This document shows positions 31,367 to 40,484 of a stretch of 64,000 nucleotides of DNA, piece by piece. The DNA comes from Polyangiaceae bacterium. Lineage in GTDB: Bacteria; Myxococcota_A; Polyangia; Polyangiales; Polyangiaceae. The translations under genes were made by a program, and so were the position numbers. Every line of letters starts with the position of its first letter. The first letter of the stretch is position 1. The notes under the pieces are model-generated. The model did not search any database. It saw only the letters and a program-made list of their open reading frames with translations, and was not told the origin of the DNA. The stretch covers positions 22,281-86,280 of the forward strand of contig JAPSGB010000017.1 of the NCBI GenBank assembly GCA_035063585.1. The letters are read 5' to 3'.

Positions 31367-31894
31367 ATGAATGAGTCATATTTCTTGCCCCGTGTGGTCT
31401 GCTGTCTCATCGGCGCTGCGCTCGCTGTGGGCTGTGGTGGCTTGACCTCCTCCTCCCAAGGCACGGGCGGCAGCGGGTCGACCTCCTCCTCCCAAGGCAC
31501 GGGCGGCGGCGAGTCGCCCTCCTCCGAGCAGGGGTGCGCCCCGGAGAGCCTCCTCGGAACCTGGAGCCTCAGCGGTGAGCCCGTGGGCGATGGGTGTCAC
31601 GAGGCCTCCGTCGATGACAAGGTGATTGAGGTGAGTCAGGGCTCGAAGGGCTTGGAGTTCAGGCTCACCGGCTTCTCCCCAGCGCGAGACTTCGATGCGG
31701 CCACCTGCACCCTCGCGCTGCGCGTGGGCTCCTTCGAAGAGTACGAACAAGAGCCGCACGAGAGCCGGTACGACATCGAGCTGACCTTCAACGGCAGCAC
31801 AGCCACGGGGACCATGACGTCGTGCTTGTCATGGACGTGCGATGATTACTCGTGCTCCGAGGGCGATTGGAAGCTCAAGGCAACGCGCGAGTAG
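31367..31894 (+). CDS. Lipoprotein, hypothetical, atypical codon usage
   Basis: Lipobox LAVGC; more A/T at third positions than neighbouring genes. Confidence 0.7.
   Translation: MNESYFLPRVVCCLIGAALAVGCGGLTSSSQGTGGSGSTSSSQGTGGGESPSSEQGCAPESLLGTWSLSGEPVGDGCHEASVDDKVIEVSQGSKGLEFRLTGFSPARDFDAATCTLALRVGSFEEYEQEPHESRYDIELTFNGSTATGTMTSCLSWTCDDYSCSEGDWKLKATRE
31444..31511 (+). repeat. 36-nt-period tandem duplication (TSSSQGTGG x2)
   Basis: GACCTCCTCCTCCCAAGGCACGGGCGGC at 31444 and 31480. Confidence 0.9.
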
Positions 31895-31931
31895 CGTCCA
31901 GGGAAGTCTTGGAGCTTGCGCTTCGCCGGAA

Positions 31932-32143
31932 GCTCCCTGCCCGTACACGGCCCGGCACCGTGCTCACGGTGAAGGGAATAGGCATGCCGCGCATCGACCG
32001 CGGGGGTCACGGGGATCCCTTGCTCGGAGTCGATGTGACGGTGCCTCGCGGGCTGAGCAAGCGCGCGAAGCCGCTGCTCGGCGAGCTCGCCGCCCTGCTC
32101 GCGAACGAGGGCAAGCACGCCGCCGGCTGAGCTGGCGCGCGCC
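31932..32143 (+). pseudogene. dnaJ: Degenerate duplicate of the dnaJ 3' end (copy 2 of the direct repeat)
   Basis: [35 protein letters not shown]...KHAAG versus Dna[36 protein letters not shown]...KEAAG. Confidence 0.9.
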
Positions 32144-32159
32144 CCCGGGCTCCACGCGC

Positions 32160-33467
32160 TCAGCAGGAGCTCGCGGCGATCGCCGAGAGCTTCGCCACGG
32201 TCGCCGCGAAGGGCTCGAGCTCGCGCGGATCCTGGGCGAGAAACCCCATGAGCGCGGGCTCGGCGGCAATCGCGCGGTCTACCCGCGCGTCGGAGCCCTT
32301 CGCGTAAGCGCCGAGCGCGATGAGGTCGCGCTTCTCCTCGTACGCGCCGAGTAGCGCGCGCGCGGCGCGCGCGGCCCGGACGTGCTCACGCGACGCGACC
32401 GCCTCCATCACGCGAGACAGCGACGCGGTGACGTCGATGGCCGGATACTGCCCGCGCGCCGCGATCTTTCGCTCGAGCACGATGTGCCCGTCGAGGATGC
32501 CGCGCACCTCATCGGCGATGGGCTCGTCCATGTCGCCGCCTTCGACGAGCACGGTGTAGATGGCGGTGATCGAGCCCCGCTCTCCCTGCCCGCTCCGCTC
32601 GAGCAGCCGCGGCAGCATCGCGAACACGCTCGGCGGATAGCCGCGTCGCGCGGGCGGCTCGCCCGCCGCGAGCCCGACCTCGCGCTGCGCGCGAGCGAAT
32701 CGCGTGATGGAGTCGACCAGCAGCAGCACGCTCTTGCCTTGGTCGCGAAAGTACTCGGCGATGGCGGTGGCGGTCTGCGCGGCGCGCAGTCGCTCGAGCG
32801 CGGGGGCGTCGCTGGTCGCGACCACCAGCGCCGAGCGCGCGAGCCCGTCGGCGCCGAGCGAGTGCTCGATGAATTCGCCCACCTCACGGCCGCGCTCGCC
32901 GACCAGCGCGACCACCACGACGTCCGCGTCGGTGCCGCGCGCGATCGCGCCGAGGAGGGTGCTCTTGCCGACGCCCGAGCCGGCGAAGAGCCCCACGCGC
33001 TGCCCGACGCCGACCGTGAGCAACCCGTCGATGGCGCGCACGCCGGTCGCGAGCGGCGCCGTGACCGGTCTCCGCCCGAGCGCCGCGGGCGGCGCCCGAT
33101 CGAGCGGCACGGTGGCGAGCCCCGCGGGCGGTGGCCCGCCGTCCACCGGACGGCCGAGCCCGTCGAGCACGCGGCCGAGCAGCGCCTCGCCGGCGCCGAT
33201 CGCGAGCGGCGCGCCGGTCGACTCGACGGCGTCGTCGGGGCCGACCCCAGTGAGCTCGCCGAGCGGGATCGCGACCACCTCGCCGCCGTCGAAGCCGACC
33301 ACCTCGGCGGGCAGCGGCGCGCCGCGCCGCGCGAGCCACACGACGTCCCCGATCCGCGCGCCGGGGAGCTGCAACCGCACGCTGAGCCCGGTGACCGCGC
33401 GCACCCGCCCGCTCGGACGCAGGGTCGAGGTCTCGGCGAGGCTCAGGCGCAGCTTCTCGAGGTCCAC
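32160..33467 (-). CDS. FliI/YscN (SctN) family type III export ATPase
   Basis: [61 protein letters not shown]; real start is GTG 33467, not the start of the 1063-aa ORF. Confidence 0.93.
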   Translation of the reverse strand: MDLEKLRLSLAETSTLRPSGRVRAVTGLSVRLQLPGARIGDVVWLARRGAPLPAEVVGFDGGEVVAIPLGELTGVGPDDAVESTGAPLAIGAGEALLGRVLDGLGRPVDGGPPPAGLATVPLDRAPPAALGRRPVTAPLATGVRAIDGLLTVGVGQRVGLFAGSGVGKSTLLGAIARGTDADVVVVALVGERGREVGEFIEHSLGADGLARSALVVATSDAPALERLRAAQTATAIAEYFRDQGKSVLLLVDSITRFARAQREVGLAAGEPPARRGYPPSVFAMLPRLLERSGQGERGSITAIYTVLVEGGDMDEPIADEVRGILDGHIVLERKIAARGQYPAIDVTASLSRVMEAVASREHVRAARAARALLGAYEEKRDLIALGAYAKGSDARVDRAIAAEPALMGFLAQDPRELEPFAATVAKLSAIAASSC

Positions 33468-33492
33468 GGCGATCGAGAGAGTAGCCTGATGC

Positions 33493-33770
33493 CGGGACGG
33501 CGCGGGGTTGGTTTGTGGGGGGCCTTGCCCCCCGCAGCTTGCTTCGCAACTGCTCCCCCCGCCGCTCGCGCGGGCGAGCGCGCCGGCGCGCGCTCGCGGC
33601 GGGACGGCGCGGGATGGGCTCACGAGACGGGCGGCGCGGGGTGGTTTGTGAGGGGGGCCTTGCCCCCCGCAGCTTGCTTCGCAACTGCTCCCCTCGCCGC
33701 TCGCGCGGGGTTGCTTCGCAACTGCTCCCCCGCCGCTGCGCGGGCGAGCGCGCCGGCGCGCGCTCGCGCC
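33493..33770. repeat. REP-like mosaic of palindromic intergenic repeats
   Basis: GGGGGCCTTGCCCCCCGCAGCTTGCTTCGCAACTGCTCCCC twice (~33518, ~33653); TTGCTTCGCAACTGCTCCCC a third time (33711); hairpin GCGAGCGCGCCGGCGCGCGCTCGC twice. Confidence 0.85.
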
Positions 33771-33839
33771 GCCGGCCGCGACGGACCGACCAACCCCAAG
33801 AAGGTTGCCCGAGAGGCGCAGGCGGTGGGAGGCTGGGGC

Positions 33840-34451
33840 GTGCGGATTTCTTCGTGGGTCGGGTGGGTGGCCGTGGCGGCGGCCCTGACGGGCGGGTGCC
33901 GGGCGTCGGTGAACGCCAACACCAGCGCCAACGTCGAGCTGCACGACGACACCGATCGCGACGAGCTCGAGGAGGGCGCGAACACCCGGAGCTTGGCGAC
34001 GACCACCGCGGAGACGGGAGACGAGCCCGTGCACACCGGCGCGATGCTCGGCGCGCGGCACGATCTCAAGCTGGCGGCGGGGGCGCGCGCGGCCGCGTGC
34101 TCGTGCCTGGCGGCCCACGTCGGCCCCGCGAGCGACCCGGCCTTCAGCTGGGAAGCAGCGCCGCCCACGCTCGACGCGAAGACGCAGCTCGTGGTCGCGC
34201 TCACCAGCGAGGGCGTGCCGTGCGACGCCAAGACGGAGGGTAGTCTCGGCGCGTCGTACTGGGGCTACACGCGGCGCGGCGCCGACGTCATCGTGACGGT
34301 CGAGAGCGCACGCGCGGGTCGGCCGGTCACGAACGGCGCGGTGATCCCCGCGCCGGCTCCGGGCGGCCACGTCTTCATCGCGCCCGCGCGCCGCGAGACG
34401 CCCTACGGTCGCCCGCTCGTCGCCGGCGCGACGCTCTGCCAGCTCCATTAG
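33840..34451 (+). CDS. Lipoprotein, hypothetical
   Basis: Lipobox LTGGC after GTG 33840; 3' end of ORF 32382..34451. Confidence 0.75.
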   Translation: MRISSWVGWVAVAAALTGGCRASVNANTSANVELHDDTDRDELEEGANTRSLATTTAETGDEPVHTGAMLGARHDLKLAAGARAAACSCLAAHVGPASDPAFSWEAAPPTLDAKTQLVVALTSEGVPCDAKTEGSLGASYWGYTRRGADVIVTVESARAGRPVTNGAVIPAPAPGGHVFIAPARRETPYGRPLVAGATLCQLH

Positions 34452-34607
34452 CCGGCGCTCGGCGCGCCCGCGCGGCGCCGAGGTATGACGAGCAATGTCC
34501 GCCATCGAGGCCCCGGGGCGGCCGATGACCCGACAGGAAATGTCCGAGCTCGGAGTGGCGGCGCGAGACGCGGCGACCGGCGAGTGATAGAAGCGGGGGC
34601 AGCGAGC

Positions 34608-35354
34608 ATGGATAGCGGCCACCTCACCCTCCCCGGTTTCTCCGACCTCGGGCTCCCCGAGGGGGCGGCGCGCGCGAGCGGCCCCCGCGTCCGCCTCCAC
34701 CAGCGGGACGCGGTGGATTGGCTCGGGTCGCTCGCCTCCGGGAGCGTGGAGCTCGTCATCACCGACCCGCCCTATGAGTCGCTCGAGAAGCACCGCGCGA
34801 TCGGCACCACCACGCGACTCAAGCACAGCAAGGCGTCGAGCAACGACTGGTTCTCGATCTTCCCGAACACGCGCTTCCCTGAGCTCTTCAGCGAGCTCTA
34901 TCGCGTGCTCGCGAAGAACGCCCATTTTTATCTCTTCTCCGATCAGGAGACGATGTTCGTCGCCAAGCCGGCCGCAGAGCGCGCGGGCTTCAAGTTCTGG
35001 AAGCCGCTCGTGTGGAACAAGGCGCGCATCGGCATGGGCTACCACTACCGCTCGCAGTACGAGCTCATCTTGTTCTTCGAGAAGGGTAAGCGAAAGCTCG
35101 CCAACCTCGGCGTCACGGACATCATCACCGAGCCGCGCATCCGCGGCGGTTATCCGACCGAGAAGCCGTCGCGGGTGAGCGAGGTCTTGGTGCGGCAGAG
35201 CGCTCGGCCGGGCGAGCTCGTGGTCGATCCGTTCATGGGCTCGGGCTCGGTGGGTGTGGCGGCGCTCGCGAACGGCTGCCGCTTTGCCGGCAGCGACATC
35301 GCGCCGGCCGCGCTCGCCCTGGCCGGTGCGCGGCTCGGGCTGGTCGAGCAATGA
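34608..35354 (+). CDS. DNA N6-adenine/N4-cytosine methyltransferase, beta class
   Basis: ITDPPY precedes YPTEKP and VVDPFMGSG; start uncertain. Confidence 0.92.
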   Translation: MDSGHLTLPGFSDLGLPEGAARASGPRVRLHQRDAVDWLGSLASGSVELVITDPPYESLEKHRAIGTTTRLKHSKASSNDWFSIFPNTRFPELFSELYRVLAKNAHFYLFSDQETMFVAKPAAERAGFKFWKPLVWNKARIGMGYHYRSQYELILFFEKGKRKLANLGVTDIITEPRIRGGYPTEKPSRVSEVLVRQSARPGELVVDPFMGSGSVGVAALANGCRFAGSDIAPAALALAGARLGLVEQ

Positions 35355-35830
35355 CCGGCAACGAGTACAAGCTCCAGATCGCGCGCTACGTGATGACCGC
35401 CTACGGCGCGCGCGGGCTCCGCGTGTACGACGAGGTGCACCTGGGGACGTCCATCATCGGCAAGCGGCGCCGCATCGATCTCTTCCTCCACGTCGCCGAG
35501 ACGAACCAGGTGCTCGCCCTCGAATGCAAGTACCAGGACTCGAGCGGGACCGCGGACGAGAAGATCCCCTACGCGCTCGAGGATCTAGCGGCGCTCCGCA
35601 TGCCAGCCTGCATCGTGTACGCGGGGGGCGGGTTCTCGGCGGGGGTGCTGCACCTCTTGCAAGGCTCGCCCATGGCCGCTTACTGCCTCCCCGGCGACGA
35701 TCTCGAACGCGTCGCGCGCCCGCACACGGGCTCGCTCGACGCTGGGACATGGCAGCTCGACCACATCGTGGCGATCACCTTCGGCTGGTGGGACCTCGTG
35801 CTTGCCGGGCGCACGCCGCTCTTGCTGTAG
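35351..35830 (+). CDS. PD-(D/E)XK nuclease superfamily protein
   Basis: RRIDLF...[22 protein letters not shown] overlap with the methyltransferase stop. Confidence 0.8.
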   Translation: MTGNEYKLQIARYVMTAYGARGLRVYDEVHLGTSIIGKRRRIDLFLHVAETNQVLALECKYQDSSGTADEKIPYALEDLAALRMPACIVYAGGGFSAGVLHLLQGSPMAAYCLPGDDLERVARPHTGSLDAGTWQLDHIVAITFGWWDLVLAGRTPLLL

Positions 35831-35959
35831 CGTCTTCGGAGCCGGCGGCGCCCCTGCTCGTCGAGCGGGCGAGCGCGCGCGCCGGACGGCGGTCCGGGAG
35901 GGCGCGCGGCGCGCGCAGCCCCCTTGCTTCCGCGGCCGGTTCCGCGACAAGCTGAGCGG

Positions 35960-37678
35960 GTGCTGAGCCGATGCCCTCGCCACGCGGTCGCGCTGTGCGC
36001 GGCGCTCGCGTGCGCGCTGCTGAGTCTCCTCGCCCTCGGCGCGCCGGCCGCGTCGCACGGCGCGCCGGCCGCGTCGGGGAGCGCGCCGGCCAGCGTGGAG
36101 CCGCTGGAGAGCGCGGCGCCGGAGGCGAGCAGCGCGCCGATCCCCGAGGACCCCCTCCCCGCGCCGCCGGCCGCGCCGAACCGCCCCCGAGAGGCAGCGG
36201 CCGCTCCGGCGAGCGCGTCGGCCGCTGCCGTCGAGGCGGCGGCCGGGCCGCCCGCGGCACCTTCAGCGGCGCCGAGCGCGAGCGCGCGCGCGGTCGCCGG
36301 CGTGCCCGTCAAGCTGCACGACGTCACCGTGTTCACGATTCGCTCGGACGAAGGCGGGCTCCGCGCGGCCGAGCGCGCGCGACGCGCGACTGACGCGCTC
36401 CGCGAGGCGGCTGCGAACGCCTCGCCGGACGACGTGCGGATCGTGAATCAGCCCGGCGTGGCGGTGGTCTTCGCGGGCAAGAACCCGGTGGTGCAGCTCT
36501 TTCCGGGGGACGCGGCGGCCGCCGGGGACAGCTCGCTCGAGATCCACGCGGCCTCGATCGGGATCAAGATCGCCGAGGCGATCCGCAGCGAGCAGCAGCG
36601 GAGCGCGATCGCGAAGACGGTGCTCTCGCTCTCGTTCGTGGTCGTCCTCGCGCTGCTCGCGCTGTTCCTGATGCGAAAGTTTGGAGAGCTCGGCGAGCGC
36701 GCGCAGCGCTGGCTCGAGGAGCACCCGGACCGAGTCCCGGCGATTCGCCTGAAATCGCTCGAGGTGGTGCGGCCGCAGGCGCTCCGGAGTGGCGTGCAGG
36801 TCGCCGTCGGCTTCGGCAAGTGGGTCGCGCAGATCGGGGTCGTGTACCTCTGCGTCGCGCTCGCACTCTCACTGTTCGAGTCGACCCGCAGCTACACCGA
36901 GAAGCTCACCGGGTTCGTGCTCGCGCCGCTCTCGGGGCTCGCCGGGCGCGTGGCGAGCGCGCTGCCGGTGGTCATCGTGGCCGGGATCGCGGCGGTCGCG
37001 CTGCTGCTCCTCATCCGCTTCGTGAGGCTCTTCTTCGCGAGCGTCGCGAGCGGAGAGACCGAGCTCGCGTGGCTCACGCCCGAGCTCGCCCCAGCTACCA
37101 GCGTGATCGTGCGGGCCGCGTTGGTGGTCGCGGCGCTGGTGTTCGCCGCGCCGGTGGTCACCGGCGATCCGAACGGCGCGCTCACCCGCGCCGGGGTGGC
37201 CGCGATCATCGCGGTCGGGCTCGCGAGCACGCCGCTCCTCGCGTCGGCCGTGGTCGGTTGCGCGGTGCTCTACTCGCGGCGGCTCCGCGTGGGCGAGCTG
37301 GTGGAGCTCGGGCACCGCGCCGGGAAGGTCGTGCGGGTCGGGCTCTTGGACGTGTGCCTCGCCGAGGAGGACGGCTGCCTGGTGCGGGTACCGCACCTGC
37401 TCGCGCTCGTTCATCCAACGCGCATCATCGGGAAATCACGCTGCGCGACCGCGCTCATCACCACCGCGGACGCGGGCTCGGCCGAGCGCGCCCGCGGGGT
37501 GCTCCGAGAGGCGCTCGGTCAGCTCGGCGAGGACGCGCGGCTCGAGCTCGTCGCGCTCGACGCGGACGGCGCGCACTTCCGCGTGAGCGCACGCGGGCAC
37601 ACTAGCGACGAGCTGATGCTCGTCGCGGTCCGCGCGCTCGAGCGCGCCGGGCTCACCCTCGGGCGCAGCCGGCCGTGA
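35960..37678 (+). CDS. MscS-family mechanosensitive channel-like protein with periplasmic N-terminal domain
   Basis: Several TM segments then YSRRLRVGELVELGHRAGKVVRVGLL...VRVPH; start uncertain. Confidence 0.7.
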   Translation: MLSRCPRHAVALCAALACALLSLLALGAPAASHGAPAASGSAPASVEPLESAAPEASSAPIPEDPLPAPPAAPNRPREAAAAPASASAAAVEAAAGPPAAPSAAPSASARAVAGVPVKLHDVTVFTIRSDEGGLRAAERARRATDALREAAANASPDDVRIVNQPGVAVVFAGKNPVVQLFPGDAAAAGDSSLEIHAASIGIKIAEAIRSEQQRSAIAKTVLSLSFVVVLALLALFLMRKFGELGERAQRWLEEHPDRVPAIRLKSLEVVRPQALRSGVQVAVGFGKWVAQIGVVYLCVALALSLFESTRSYTEKLTGFVLAPLSGLAGRVASALPVVIVAGIAAVALLLLIRFVRLFFASVASGETELAWLTPELAPATSVIVRAALVVAALVFAAPVVTGDPNGALTRAGVAAIIAVGLASTPLLASAVVGCAVLYSRRLRVGELVELGHRAGKVVRVGLLDVCLAEEDGCLVRVPHLLALVHPTRIIGKSRCATALITTADAGSAERARGVLREALGQLGEDARLELVALDADGAHFRVSARGHTSDELMLVAVRALERAGLTLGRSRP

Positions 37679-38895
37679 GCGCGATCGCGCTCTTCATCGT
37701 GCTCCTCACGCTCGCGTACACCGGGAGCGTGGCCGCCGGCGGGCGCTCGATCCGCGGCTTCGGGCTGCCGTCCGGCGCAGAGTACGTGGTGCTCGGCTTC
37801 GCGCTCGGCCCGGGCGCGCTGGGCGTCATCGAGCAGAGCACGATGAAGCTGTTCGAGCCGCTCGCGGTGGTGGGGCTCGCGTGGCTCGCGCTCGTGGTCG
37901 GCGTCGACTACGGCTACGTCGACGGGCGAAGGGTTCGAGCCGGCCGAGTCGGGCTCGGCGCGCTCGCGGCGACCAGCGCGGGCCTCGCCGGCGCGGGCGC
38001 GGCCTACGCGGTCGGACTCCGGCTGACCGAGCTCCGCGGCGCGGCGCTCGCCGTGCTCGTCATCGGCGCCGGCGCGGTCACCAGCGAGACGACGCGCCAC
38101 GCCGTGCGCTGGGTGATCGAGCGGCGCGGCGCGAGCGGACCGCTCTCGACGCTCTTCGCGGATCTCTCGGACTCGGGCGACGCGGTGCCGATCCTCGCGC
38201 TCGCGCTGCTCTTCGCGGTCGCCGGGCCCACCGAGCCAACCGCGCTCTTCGGTCCGGCCGCGCTCACCGTCGTCGGGCTCGTGGTCGGCGCGCTGCTCGG
38301 CGCGATAGCGGCACTCTTGCTGCGCCGCGAGCACGAGGCGCGGGAGGCCTGGGGCGTGCTGCTCGGCACGGCGCTCCTCGCGATCGGCAGCGCAGCGCGC
38401 TTCGGCATGCCCGCGCTCCCGACCGCGTTCATCATGGGCGTGACGCTCTCGGCGCTCTCGCGGCACGGCGCGGAGCTCCGTCGAATGCTCGGGGGCACCG
38501 AGCGCTCGGTGCTCTTGCCCATGCTGCTCATCGCCGGTGCCAGCGTGAACCTCCACGCGTCGAAGGCGCTGATCCCGCTGGTGGGAGCCGCGGTCGCCGC
38601 GCGCGTGCTCGTGAAGCTCGCGATGGGCGCGGTGCTCCGTCGGTCCATGGGGCCGGCGAGCGGCGCCTCGCGGCTGCTCGGCCTCGGCTCCCTGCCCGCG
38701 GGCCCGCTCACCATGTGCGTCGGGCTCGCGATCCAGCTCCGTTTCCCGGGTGAGGCCGGCGACACCGCGCTGGTGCTCGCGGCGGCCGTCACCCTCATCG
38801 GTGAGCTCTTCGGGCCGACCGCCCTCGAGCGCGAGCTCGCGCGAGCGGGAGAGGTCGGAGCCGCGACCCAGACGGAGACCGAGACCGTGACGTGA
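37675..38895 (+). CDS. Cation:proton antiporter (CPA2-like) membrane protein
   Basis: About 12 TM segments; YVVLGFALGPGALG; ELFGP near the C-terminus; GTGA overlap. Confidence 0.65.
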   Translation: MSAIALFIVLLTLAYTGSVAAGGRSIRGFGLPSGAEYVVLGFALGPGALGVIEQSTMKLFEPLAVVGLAWLALVVGVDYGYVDGRRVRAGRVGLGALAATSAGLAGAGAAYAVGLRLTELRGAALAVLVIGAGAVTSETTRHAVRWVIERRGASGPLSTLFADLSDSGDAVPILALALLFAVAGPTEPTALFGPAALTVVGLVVGALLGAIAALLLRREHEAREAWGVLLGTALLAIGSAARFGMPALPTAFIMGVTLSALSRHGAELRRMLGGTERSVLLPMLLIAGASVNLHASKALIPLVGAAVAARVLVKLAMGAVLRRSMGPASGASRLLGLGSLPAGPLTMCVGLAIQLRFPGEAGDTALVLAAAVTLIGELFGPTALERELARAGEVGAATQTETETVT

Positions 38896-38990
38896 CGCGC
38901 CGCCGAGAGCAGGCGAGGCACGCCGCCGGCCGCGACGGCCCGGCCCCCTTCCCTCGCGCGCCATGCGACGGAGCGCGGCTCGCGGGCGAC

Positions 38991-40484
38991 TCAGCGCGGT
39001 GTGCGCGCGATGCCGTAACTGTCCGCCCAGTAGACGAATCCGCCTTCGACGACCGGCGCGGCGGGGTTCGTGAACACCGAGGCGAGGAGCTTCGGCTGAC
39101 CCGCCCCGGACCACACCACCAGCGGGTAGATGAAGGGCTCGCGCTCGGTCGCGAGCACGAGGTAGAGCGAGCCGTCGGCGGCCGCGGTCATCGGTAGCGT
39201 CGCGGCGAAGAGGCTCGGGCCAGCCACCGGCGTGCCGCCGCTCTTCGGCATCGCCATGACCACGGCCGCGCCGCCCGTCGTGTCGGTGAAGAAGAGCTGA
39301 GCGCCGCCCACCTCGAGGCGGCCCGTGAAGACGCCGGGCGCGAGCACCGTCCCCCCAGCCGGTGAGGAGACGCAGCCCGCCGCGAGGGGCCCGGGACCGA
39401 ATCGCTCGATCCCCCGCTCGGTCGCCGCGTAGACGACGCCGTCGGAGTCGACCGCGGCGGCGGTGAGCTGCAGCGCGCAGCCGAGCGCCTCCATCTGGCT
39501 CGTGTCGGTCGCGCCGCGAGGCAGCCGCCAGAGGAACTGGAGCGACAGGTTGCGGTCCACGACGTGAACGTGCGTGGGGGTCGTCCCGAGCAGCGTCCGC
39601 TCGCTGCCGCCGAGGACCACGACCGGGTCGGTCGCTGCGGGGAGGGTGGCGTGGTTGAGCCCGGTGCCGTCGCTCCAGTAGAGGTCGGTGCCCGCGATCG
39701 CGATCTTCGTCTCGCCCTGGAGCGTGCCCGACTTCACCACCCGTGGCGACGGCTCGCCGTCGACGAGCACCTTGACGCCCCCGCCACCGGAGCTCCACGC
39801 CATCACGTTCGGAGCGACTGCCAGAGCCACCGCGTTCGCCGCGGGGACGAGCTCCTCCCGCGCGCAGCCGGCGAGCGGCTCGCAGGTGGCTCCGCCGCAA
39901 CTCCGACCGCACGCGCCGCAGTTGGGCTCGCTGAGCAACTCGGCCTCGCAGCCATTGCTGGCGTCGCCGTCGCAGTCTGCGCACACCGGGTTCCCGCAGG
40001 AGCCGACGCCGCAGCCCGTGCTGCCGGGCTCGGTGACGAGCTCGAGCGGCCCGAGCAGCGGATCGTTCGCCGCGCCGCCGGCGCAGGCGGCCTGGCAGCG
40101 GCTCTGCCAGCAGGTCTTGAGCTCGAACGCCTGCTGGTGAGCGGCCTCGGAGGCGGTCGCTCGACACACCATCGGGCACGAGGCCTCGCCGGCGCACGCC
40201 GCGAGGCACTGGAGCTCAGTCAGGCACGGGCCCGGGCTCGAGCAGGTCGTGAGCTCGCTGCAGCAGCTCGCCTCGATGCACTGGCGGCATGCCGCGGCTT
40301 GGGGGCCGAGCCCGCCCGCGCTGCAGGCACCCGCCTCGTTTCCGCCATCTGCAAACCGGTCCCAAGAGACCTCGTCGAGGGGCGCCAGATCTTCACGATG
40401 GATCCCCGACGGCGAGATGTCCGTCATGCAGGAGATGAACAGCGACGCGCTCGCCGCCGCCCAGAGGCTACCGACCATTTTCAT
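38991..40484 (-). CDS. Cys-rich lipoprotein with C-terminal beta-propeller-like repeats
   Basis: Lipobox LFISC; CRQCIEASCC and CADCDGDASNGCE...NCGACGRSC modules; LYWSD/LFFTD/VYWAD repeats. Confidence 0.75.
   Translation of the reverse strand: MKMVGSLWAAASASLFISCMTDISPSGIHREDLAPLDEVSWDRFADGGNEAGACSAGGLGPQAAACRQCIEASCCSELTTCSSPGPCLTELQCLAACAGEASCPMVCRATASEAAHQQAFELKTCWQSRCQAACAGGAANDPLLGPLELVTEPGSTGCGVGSCGNPVCADCDGDASNGCEAELLSEPNCGACGRSCGGATCEPLAGCAREELVPAANAVALAVAPNVMAWSSGGGGVKVLVDGEPSPRVVKSGTLQGETKIAIAGTDLYWSDGTGLNHATLPAATDPVVVLGGSERTLLGTTPTHVHVVDRNLSLQFLWRLPRGATDTSQMEALGCALQLTAAAVDSDGVVYAATERGIERFGPGPLAAGCVSSPAGGTVLAPGVFTGRLEVGGAQLFFTDTTGGAAVVMAMPKSGGTPVAGPSLFAATLPMTAAADGSLYLVLATEREPFIYPLVVWSGAGQPKLLASVFTNPAAPVVEGGFVYWADSYGIARTPR

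Noticed and set aside
30869..32143. Possible diversity-generating retroelement TR/VR pair
   Set aside because: Mismatches involve all four bases rather than adenines, and there is no reverse transcriptase in the window
33493..33770. Possible CRISPR array
   Set aside because: Irregular period, repeated rather than unique spacers, and no cas genes in the window
32160..35351. 1063-aa ORF suggesting a giant FliI/YscN fusion
   Set aside because: The N-terminal ~630 aa are antisense to the MTase and lipoprotein genes and cross the repeat mosaic; homology starts at GTG 33467
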